From: Marsupella aquatica
Taxonomy: Eukaryota; Plantae; Marchantiophyta
DNA length: 64,000 nucleotides
Reading direction: 5' to 3'
Assembly: GCA_973895155.1 (NCBI GenBank)
Contig: OZ316897.1
Span: 19,354,168 to 19,418,167, forward strand
A program made the translations under genes and the position numbers. The notes below the pieces were generated by a model. It searched no databases and was not told where the DNA came from. It was given only the letters and a program-made list of their open reading frames with translations. This document shows, in pieces, positions 12,230 to 21,680 of the stretch (position 1 is the stretch's first letter; each line of letters begins with the position of its first letter).

Positions 12230-12830
12230 CTAGTCAAATCCTTTGCTGTGGACCAACACATCATCAATGTAGCATTTCAGAAACTCAGCACCTTGAAGAA
12301 CCTGGTCCATGACTCTTTGAAAGAATATGGATGCATTCTTTAAGCCAAATGGCATCACCAACCACTCCCATAGTTGGTTACTACCATGGAAAGCTGTTTT
12401 CTTGCGATCCTTTGCAAGCAGCAAAATCTGGTTGAAGCCTTGCCTTAGATCCACAAGAGTGAAGATGTCTGAGTCTCCAATGCTGTCAAATAGCTCCTCT
12501 GGCCGTGGCATGGGGTACCTGTCCTGGGGTGTGACCAGGTTCAGTGGCCTATAGTCCCCACATGCGCTTCTCTGTCCACAATCCACTGGAATCCTTCTTT
12601 GCTGGCATCACTGTAGTTGCTGCAAAATCTGATGTAGATGGCTGAATAAGACCAGCTTCATAGAGCTCTTGGCACCTCTCATCCACCAGCTGCCACTCAT
12701 GCTTACTCAAACGGTGTCTTCGCCTGAAGATAGGTGTTTCATCAGCCAACTCAATGGAGAACTGCATAGTCTTGCACTTACCCAAGTCCTTCATAGAGAA
12801 AGCAAACACGTTTTCATGCTTGAGGAGAAA
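12230..12830 (-). pseudogene. Reverse transcriptase core
   Basis: FAFSMKDLG...GLIQPSTSDFA...KKD...KRM, frameshift, CGDYRPLN...YPMPRPEELFD...DLRQGFNQ...KTAF...VMPFGLKNA...YIDDVLVHS (YIDD at 12260-12271). Confidence 0.95.
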
Positions 12831-13229
12831 ATTCAGTAGCTGGTCCTTCTGTCTTTTACTCAGGTGGTTGCCCATGATGAATGTGTATTTGGCAACACTA
12901 GGAATAGGACCTGATGTACTCGTGCTTGAAGAGCTAGAAGTGCCAGCCTCTCCACTATCCAAGCTGCTAGCATGCTGCTGATAAGGTGATGAGGCCTCTC
13001 CAAGGCCTGTTGTACCTGCTGATCTGAGTTGGTCCACACCATGAAACTCAGAAATATTGTCAGCCACGTTACAAGGGACCTCCTCCCCCCCAACACTTGG
13101 ACTGAAGCGGTGAGTGTTGAATAGAGGTAAGTGCACCTGGTCTGGATGCCATGTAACAGCACCATGGAGTGGGAGAGCTGGAACTCCAGATGCTGGATGA
13201 ATGTACATCTGAAAAAGGATGCAAGTGAC

Positions 13230-14175
13230 CAGAAGCCAAGTGAGAGCATTAAGATCCATTACCCTGCCAAGTAAAGCATTCCTGACCAGCTTGGTGATGT
13301 GGGTGTGGCCTGTAGTACCGGATTGGAAGCCCATAGCCCCGTTCTCTCTCCTCAGGACTAGGTTCATCCCAAGTACCGGTAGAATGTCGATAAACCAGGC
13401 CAGGACCATCACCCTGAAAGGCATGTGCACCTGGAAAGGATACAAATGTAGGCCAAGCAGCACGAGGCTGTCCAATGGTATTGGCTGGATACCAAGGTGC
13501 TGGCTCTTGCCGTGTAACTGGTTGGCAAGAACTGTTAGGATCCAAAATCTGGTCCACTGTGAGGTTAGTGTCCCTAGATGTGTGGTGAAGAGCTAACTCC
13601 AACAAGGAAGGTGGTGCAAGGTTAGTCCAAAAGTTACGAAGACGATGTGCATAAGAACCATAGTGCACTGCATCAATGAGAAGGGGTGGTCCCAAGTAGT
13701 GCTGGACCACACTGAAATCCTCTTTGACCTGTGGACGCTGGTCAAACTGAGATGGAGTATTCTCAATGATATAACCAACAGCAGGATAAAGGGATTGAGC
13801 CCAGGTGAGAATCTGAACCAATGCTGTGAAAAGGCCAGAACGAGAATCATGCAGTCCAGCACCGTGACCAGCAGCTGAAAACCCTTGGCATTCCCAACCA
13901 GCTATGATCAAATCAAGGGAGCCAAGAAGGGTTAAGTGCCGGTGCTGGACAAGTTGGATATCTGGAGGAAAGAAAGAAAATGTAGACTTCCATGCACTGT
14001 GTGGAAACTGCTGGGGAAATCGCTCTGAAAATTCCAGCAGACGAGAGTCAGCCACTTGCCTTGCACCTGGATCAATGTCCACGTAGATGTACTGCTTCAC
14101 CACCATGCTGGACTGTAGGAGAGCTTCCAGGCCTGTAGAAATGTCACCAAAAAGCTCAAGCAATGTAAGGCCATC
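13230..14175 (-). pseudogene. DNMT3-like C5 cytosine DNA methyltransferase domain within the polyprotein
   Basis: Motifs in canonical order: I LLELFGDISTG; II YVDID; III DIQ; IV DLIIAGWECQGFSAAG (Cys at 13888-13890); V GLHDSRSGLF; VI YIIENT; VII-VIII IDAVHYGSYAHRLRNFWTNL; IX PSPEERER-AMGFQSGTT (across a +1 G at ~13339); X RNALLGRVMD. Confidence 0.92.
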
Positions 14176-14572
14176 CGGAGGAGGAGTCCATGTAACTGGT
14201 ACGCTCCAGATTGGGGCTATTGGTTGTCCATTGTGCTGCCCAAGGTCCTCAAATTTGCACAATGCAGCCACCAAAGGTCCATGGGTTGCTTGGAGCCGTT
14301 GTACCACCTCTGGTTGATGATCCACGTTGATGGAAAGTGCTGCTATATGTGCAGCAGCATGTGCAGCAGCATGTGCAGCAGCCACCTCATCATCATCCTC
14401 CTCAATCCAATCCTGCAATGGGTGGTTGACATAGGTAGCTGTGTGCACTGCTTTCAACACACAGTGGTGAGCCATAGGTGTATGAGCACCATGCAAATCA
14501 AGTGGAATGTAGCCCAAGTGTGAGCCATCCGTATGCCAATCAACTCTGTAGTATGCATGCTCATGCCAGTTG

Positions 14573-15499
14573 TCAATGGTAAAACCTGGGTGGGAACAAA
14601 GCCTCCTGGCCAATGAGCACATCATACGTAGTGGCATTGGTAACCAAACATCTGACTGGGAAATGCAGTTCTTGATCTGTACCGCCATTAAAAGTGAGAG
14701 TGAGTAAAGTAGAACTCTCACCCAGCACATCCTCCACAGTACCACTAGCAGTCCGAATGTGCCACCTGGATTGTTGTAAATGATCAGTCAGCAGTCCCAT
14801 CTTCTTGGCAAACTGAATGCCCAATATCACTGGTTGAGCGCCTGTGTCTAGCATGACCACCTGAGGAGTGTGACCCTCCAACTTGACCGCTGAATTCCTG
14901 TTGTCAACAATGGCAATGGTGGTGGAAACTGAAGTCCTGTCGCTAGGTACCACTTTTGGCAAATGATGAGGTACCTTGTGAAGGGAGTTAGTGTCCACGG
15001 TCTTTCCACTCAACAGCATAGTCAGGAAAGATGGAGCAGCATGACCAGAGTCCAGTGTAGCTCTAGTCACACAATCTGTAACAATACTGTCATCTCTACC
15101 ACTGGAAATTGGTACTGGGATAGTCAAACCAGTGGAAGCATGTAATGGAGAAGAGGAAGGTCCAGTATGTACATGAGATTGGACCTCCACAACCGGTGTC
15201 ACAGGGGCTAATGAAGAATGCAGTGAGCCCTCTAGCGCTCTCATGACAGCTCTAGCATCCAGTTGTAAATCATGGCAACTGAAAAATGGAGTTGTAAGGA
15301 TCCTTTGTGCCATACCGGAGGTGAAATGCTCAAGCAGCTCAAGAGAAACAACTCCCTGTGAAATGTCAGCAGCACCTGGTGGTGGAATGGATGTAGGTGC
15401 AGCTCCCTCCCCCCTCGCCAACAAGGTGCGCTCTTCAGCAAGTGTGAGTGGCTGAAAAGATTGGGGCAAGACAGCCCGAGCTCCCCTGGCTCTAGTCAT
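14573..15499 (-). pseudogene. Retroviral-type aspartic protease region
   Basis: VVMLDTGAQPVILG (Asp at 14846-14848)...IRTASG...YDVLIGQEAL. A +1 C near 14589 shifts the frame into the DNMT-containing ORF (FPP-GFTIDNW). Confidence 0.9.
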
Positions 15500-15652
15500 A
15501 GGACCGGTAGCAAGACCATCAGCCTGTACAATGCGGCGTGTGGGAGCAATACGGGAAGCTACACTAGCCTGCTGGTAAGAAAAATAGGAAGGGCAGAATG
15601 AATCTGAAAATTATGTTGTAAGGCCAGGCTGTGTAGCAGAGGACAGCACACA

Positions 15653-17305
15653 CTAACCCATATGAGCATCAAATGGCAAGCCATAGAAAGAGCGGGGTAG
15701 AGATGCTGAACTGTCAGTGGTGCCTGGGCCAGAGATGGGTTGCACGTGACCAGCCGGTTGAGAAGGACCAGCAGAGGCAGGTGACTTGCCTTTGATGCTG
15801 GCAAGTTGGGCACGTAGGGACTCAACCTCATGAGTCAGAGACTGGAGTTGAGTTGCCTGGGCATTGTGAGCCTCCTTCTGAGTTGGTTGCTTTTGTTGCT
15901 GCTTGGGCAATTTGTTGGCACTAGGTGCTTTGCCACTGGAAGGAGGAGAAACTGATGCAGTAGGAGCCCTCCTAGCTGGTGGGGGAGTGGAAACAGGAGC
16001 AGGATGAGTGGCCTGTTGTCGTAGCTGCTTCCTCTCTGGGAATTTGGCAAAACAAACTGCCTCCAAGTGACCCACTTTCCCACAAAAATCACAAGACAGG
16101 TCCTCAGCAACAATATCACATTCATTAGCCTTGTGATTAGGATTGCCACAGTAGTTGCAAGATGGCAGCATGAAAGCAGCATGTGCTAGTTTGGTCTTGG
16201 AAGCATATTGTGGCCCACGGGAAGGGGTGGCCATTGTAGGGGCAGCAGCCTGGTACTTGGATCGCGGTGGACACGCAATACTAGCCTCATAATGTGCATG
16301 GGCCAACTCAAGTTTCTCAGTAGTGTCATTGAGCAAGGTGTAGCTGTCTCCAAACTCTGAGAATACTTGCTGCAACACTTGCAAATGGAGAGCTGGTGTG
16401 CCCTCCAATGCGCGAAGATAGCAATGAGCAGCTTCCAGGTCAGTGATGCTCTGGGTGTCCTCCTTCAGCTTGAGAAGCCGATGATAAATCATCTTCAATG
16501 TTTCATCGCGCTGCCTCACAAAGGTGGCCAACTGTATAATTTTTTCAGCACTCTTGATTGGGAATTCCAATTCAAGAACCTGGAAAAATTCAGCCACTGG
16601 ATCAGCAAAGGCAGGGGAATCAATGGTGGGAGAAATGCCTGATGTAGCCTGTGCCAAGTCAGTGGGAGCGGGAGTGGGAGTAACTGGTGTAGTGGTGGGA
16701 ATTGGAGTAGGAGGGGAAGTGGCAGGAGCAGCAGCATGGGCTGCAATGGCATTCTGTAATGCCAGTTGTGAGGCATCCGCAATTGCAATGGCATAGGCAG
16801 GGTTAGGCAATTGTGTGACAGCAAGTAGCCATTGAGAGTGCTGCTCATACACATCCAAAGCCTCGTGGTGCACATACCTGGCTAGCTGCTTAAATGCAAA
16901 AGCATTTGTGAAATTGCTGCCATACTTCAACTCCAATTCGTAAACAACAGTGTAGAAAGTGGATTTGAACTCATGCAAAGAAACAGTGCCTGGCCGCCCA
17001 CTGAAGCGTTCAATGCGGCCAGATGAGTGGCTGGCGTCCATGCTGTATGTCGGTGAAGCAGGAACAACCACAGATGCAGAAGGGGTAAATGGCAATGAAG
17101 TGATAGCAGGCTTTGGAGTAGTGGTGAAGCGACCGCCAAATTGAGCAGAAGGATTGCGTGGTGTGGGTGCTATTGCTGTCTGCGGACATCGTCAAAATTG
17201 CCGAGACTCCAATGAAATTGGCACCAATGGTCGTGGATCACTCCGTAAATGGTACCTGGGTGTCGGTGGCGATGTGCTGCTACCTCCTGGCTCGTCTACT
17301 GACAT
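15653..17305 (-). pseudogene. Gag with two CCHC zinc knuckles
   Basis: ATG 17305 MSVDEP...PRYHLRS, in frame with ORF 15653-17095 across a TGA at 17192. RIERFSG capsid-like start; CNYCGNPNHKANEC and CDFCGKVGHLEAVC. Confidence 0.88.
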
Positions 17306-17699
17306 ACTGTGTTGCAATACCGGATATACTGAAAACGTGCAAAATGTGTAAACACCAGGAAAACCGTCACCGTCAAAAAACCGTCGGGGAAAAAGGACCC
17401 TTAAAACCTCAAATTTAGCCCCCTTCGTGTTTGCCTATGTATATGCCAAATTGACCGTCCGGTGTGTATATACCGGGCCGTATGCAGACGACCTGACATC
17501 GGCGACAACAAAGGAATATGAGGAAAATGGGCCCCCTGAAGTGTATACCTCGGGCCCCTATGTGGACCCAAAAACGGAAGGACTGGCCGGCCCCAATGCC
17601 CTATGCTGTCATCCCGCGCGTGGTGAATGAGCGAGAACGGCCGAAAACAAAAAGAAAAGGGCCCGAATTAAGTGTATACACTTCGGACACTCGGCGAAG

Positions 17700-18130
17700 G
17701 GAAAGAAATGGCGGATGCAGGGGCCCCTCTTAATGGCACGAGCCCTGCGTAGGGCTTCGCGCCCCCTCCTTATGAGCTCCCGAAAAGGGGTTACGAACTC
17801 CCCCCTCCTCTCCTTTAATGCTGCCTCGCTTCCCCTCCCCTCCTTAAGGCTGAAAATGGGCTCCGTGCCCTGCAGGAGACTCCTGAGGGAAGGAGTTGTA
17901 TGTACTCCCCCCCTCCATTTAATGTAGCACATAGGGCCTCGTGCCCACTGCCTCGGCTCTGTCTCGCCCTGCTTTAATGCTGCTTCGTGTGCTGCAGGAG
18001 GACTCCCGAGAAGGGAGTCGTATGTACTCCCCTTCCCCCTTTAATGCAGCATAGGGCCTCGTGCCCACTCCTTGCGCTGCTGCCTGCCTAGGCTCTGTCT
18101 CCCCCCTCGTGCTTGTGCTCGGCTAGTCGA
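17700..18130. repeat. GC-rich degenerate repeats upstream of gag; related decayed copy at 4530-4990
   Basis: Repeated GACTCC(C/T)GAG..GGAGT(T/C)GTATGTACTCCCC...TTAATG..GCATAGGGCCTCGTGCCCACT. 17720-17810 aligns by eye with 4620-4720. Confidence 0.65.
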
Positions 18131-18716
18131 CTCCCTGCCTCCTTAATTAAATGCTGGCAAAATGAGAGGGCCCGATGCCCTATGCGCAGCCTGCCTTATG
18201 CGATCGGGAGGGAGGCAAAGGGGAGACTACGGCCGGAAGCGGCAAAAAAGAGAAAAATGGGGCGCGCGGTCGGAAGGGAAGTGGTCGCGCGGCAGCCGTG
18301 GCCGGGAAAATGCCCATAAAAACTAACGAACAAGGGTCTTAAAAACGTGAGCGAGGGCGCAGCGGCCTGTTCAGTCGGCAGCAAGTCGCCGATGTAGGTC
18401 ACAAAGAAGGTTGCGGCCAGAAAAGGAAAACTTGGGCCCCGACGGGAGTGTTATGTGTATACACTTAAGTATACACATAACTCCACACTAAACCCATAGT
18501 TTTGAAGCCTCGTTCCAATGTCTATCGAGGAAATTGCAACGGCTTAACCAAAAATTGTCGAAACTGCCACGAGAAATCTTCTTTCCGTCACCGCTAACTC
18601 GACAGTTCTTCTTGAATAAAAGGCGTAAGAGAAACAATCGTACTGAAATTGAATCAAAAACCGGCAGGATGCCAAGATCAGTCGGGAGCATCTAATGAAT
18701 CATTGTGTGAATCCCG

Positions 18717-19245
18717 TGTACGGAACCGACGAGCACTGTCTGAGCTTTGTCAACAGCGATTCAAGAAGAACTGAAAACCGACAAAGAGAAACACACCCTA
18801 AGTAGATCAAGTCAAGGCATCACACTAACAAGCACATTTTGCTACAAGAACATGACACTAACTCAAGTAGTACACTAGCCCTAACTACATACCTAGCGGG
18901 CATGCGAGGGACATGCCGATGTGCACAAGCGGCACTGTCCCTCGGCATGACAGGGCTGATATGGTCTCTAATAAGGCAAGAGTACATCCTAGAACAACGT
19001 AACATAGATGAAACCCCATCTAAACAAATAATCTCTAGCTGGGGCCACTGCGGTTGGTACAGGCATCTATGCCTTTCACAAGCACCAGCAGCGAGCTGTG
19101 GTTGATGATCACGGAATCCTCACTCCAGGGACCGAGCCGATTACCATCTCTTGTAAGTCGTTGTGTCCTACGTAAATATGGGTCCAAAGCACTCTGTAAG
19201 CTAGAAATACATGACTCTGTGATGCAGCTTGCGGGATGATGTACA
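18717..19245. mobile_element. LTR-like segment (candidate 5' LTR or unrelated solo LTR)
   Basis: Bounded by TGTAC...GTACA, with an abrupt shift to AT-rich DNA after 19245. No TSD, no canonical TGG PBS and no partner copy. Confidence 0.35.
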
Positions 19246-20944
19246 TTAATGTTGTTTAATACAATGCTAAAAGTGACTATAATGTACAGATAGCTTAAAA
19301 ACAGACTTGATACAACATGGCAAACAATGTAAAAGGGAAAAAATGTAGTTGTGCCTCCACCATATTAAATAATTTTTTTTTTCTAAAGGGGAGATCTATG
19401 AAACCAAACAAAAGGGAACAGTTAGGTACAACGTTTGAACACTAGAACAACGAGTCTCAACTTAAGTGAGCTACCACACAGCCATGCCTTTCTGGGCTCC
19501 AGAACTTGGTTTTAAACATCTATCTTTCTATTATGCTCAAAATTGGGAAAAAAACCCAAAGGTTCTTCCACTAAACCCCCAAATAACCCTATGCTAATTT
19601 GCACTTGATGCGTAGGAAGGATATGAGTGAGGAAAGGGGGGTTTAGTTACCTAAAATAGTGAAAACCATGTGAGATCCAAAATATGTATGTTTTATTGTT
19701 TTGACCAATTGAAGTTTTATTTATTTTTATTTTATATATTTTACACGAGTAACAATCTTTATAAAAAATGCCAACTTGACAGCAAGGGGACAGAACCGCC
19801 CAAGCGACAACCGGAAGGAACAACCACCGGAAGAAATGAAACAGGAACACCACCCGATGCCCCCAAACGGCACGTGGGGAAACCACCACCAAAAAGAACA
19901 CTAGTAACCAATGTCGGCCGAGTACTGGTGGACAGTGAGGGTGATAAGCACCCTGTAAATACCTCTCTCTCTCTCCTCCTACCGTTCAGCTTCCTACTCT
20001 GTCGGTCGCTATAACACTGGACAGTGGCACTATGATCATGGTCCGTGACATGGAACCAAAAAGAACACTAGTAACCAATTGAAGTTTTATAAAACGAAGG
20101 GAGTAAATTAAAGTGTTACCAATACAAAAATAAAGAAATGCCTCCTTTAGTACCTTTCATAAGTAATGTAGTTCATTTAACATTCAAAATGGGAATATTT
20201 ATAGCATATTTGACTGCAGATAGATGCCCTTTTGATTGAGTCATGGCTGCACATGGTATCTGAAAATATACTCTAGGTTAACCTCTTAGGGAATACCATT
20301 TCTAGCCACAATGGGACTTGAAGTTGATGCTTGGTTAGATGGATGTCCATGTTTGACCTAGGGACTTTAATGGACTGAAAAAAGCATTTGACACCCATCA
20401 TGTGCAAAGCATGTCTATTTTGATTTGAATAACTGGTGATATTTTAAATGATCCATGTGAGCATCTTGTCAACATTGTGATCTACGGGAACTTCAATTTC
20501 ATATGATTCTAGCTAGAGTTAGATTATCATTGAAAACCTCAGAACATTTGTTTTTAGTTGGGTGTGATAGTAGCAAATTAGTGAGCATACCCATTAATAA
20601 TATAAAGCACAGAAGTGTTTTGAGTTTTTCACCGTGCATTCGTTAGATCCAAAATCTAATGTTTGAAATTAATGCTCACCAACCAGAGCCATTTGCAGCA
20701 ACAAGAGAGAGTGCTAATTGCAAAGTACGTGGGCTTAATTTTTCCATGGTCAAGGTACCAACCATCCAATTCTTAGATCTAGAATTGAGCTGTTGAAATT
20801 AGGAGCTGAGTCACCCCGGGAGTCACCAATCAGAGCCATTTGCACCAGCAGGACTAGATCTGCTCCAACTCTTGCTATTGTGTGGCAATAGCTGGGATGC
20901 ACCTCCGCAAAAGAGATTGCAAAAGCTTTTGAAGCCAGAAGCAA

Positions 20945-21680
20945 GAGTGGATGTAATGTGATATAGCATGCTCATCCTGGAACATACTTTACTTTTTGTC
21001 TTGTAGTGATATTAAGTGGACAAAATTAAAGAGTAAGACTAGAATAGATATTAAATGTGAATGAAATCAAATAATATAAATAAAGTACATGCACTAAAAG
21101 CACATAGTGACCAATGGAAAGTACAATTTTATTACACAAAGTTGCTACCAGTTGTGCACAATGAAATCAAATAATATAAATAAAGCACATGCAATAAAAG
21201 CACATAGTGACCAATGGAAAGTACAATTTTATTACACAAAGATCCTACTAGTTGTGCACGTATTTCAGTGTGTCTTATTAATGACTTTTATTCAATAAAA
21301 ACCATAAACTTAGGAAAGAAAGCCACAAGGGGAGGTTAAGACAGGATGTGCTGACATTTGTTAGAGTCATTCCTCTCACTCATGAGTATACTTAAAAGCG
21401 AGAGGTAGAAAATGAAGCCCTTAGTTTCTCTCTAGGACTTAACAAAGTTTACAAATTATACAAATTAAGGGGGCTGCCAAAATAAATTCAAAACACTATA
21501 GAATACTAAAAATTTAAAGGGGTCCAAAAATGAATTAAAAGTCTATGTGATACAAAGGATGCCCCTTGTTAAGGTACATTCAAATAAAAATTCATGATAC
21601 ACAAATATGAATAAGACAAAACATGAGAGTTGGATTCACCATATAGCAGCTTCAAAATGTGAATAGCACCCAGTTTTTTG
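20945..21680 (+). mobile_element. Degenerate copy of the arm of the 49262-51240 foldback family
   Basis: Shares ATATAGCATG(C/G)TCATCC, TTTTTGTCTTG, TCTCACTCAT and GATGC(C/A)CCTTGTTAAGG...GAATAAGACAAAA with 50327-51200. Confidence 0.6.
21060..21259. repeat. 100-bp tandem duplication
   Basis: AATGAAATCAAATAATATAAATAAAG...AAAAGCACATAGTGACCAATGGAAAGTACAATTTTATTACACAAAG at 21060 and 21160. Confidence 0.92.

Larger units (their letters stand above)
9859..17305 (-). mobile_element. Ty3/Gypsy retrotransposon internal region: Gag-PR-DNMT-RT-RH-INT-PHD, decayed
   Basis: One colinear polyprotein from ATG 17305 to TGA 9899. It is interrupted by stops at 17192, 15653, 15611, 12230 and 10301 and by frameshifts near 14589, 13339 and 12561. 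RT-RH-INT order is diagnostic of Ty3/Gypsy. A PPT follows. Confidence 0.95.

Noticed and set aside
13249-14745. ORF read as a stand-alone host DNMT gene starting at 14745
   Set aside because: Its first ~50 residues are an off-frame reading of the protease. The domain is intronless and continuous with PR and RT.
15611-15655. Programmed gag-pol readthrough or frameshift site
   Set aside because: Gag and pol are in the same frame, but two stops lie 42 nt apart. Decay is simpler, and programmed readthrough cannot be judged from one copy.
10301-17194. All five premature stops explained by C-to-T deamination, as evidence of methylation
   Set aside because: Any stop codon can be derived from CAA/CAG/CGA, so this is uninformative without the family consensus.
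18486-18490. CACTA pentamer or Helitron-like hairpin+CTAA end
   Set aside because: No matching TAGTG terminus with a 3-bp TSD and no A/T insertion context were found.
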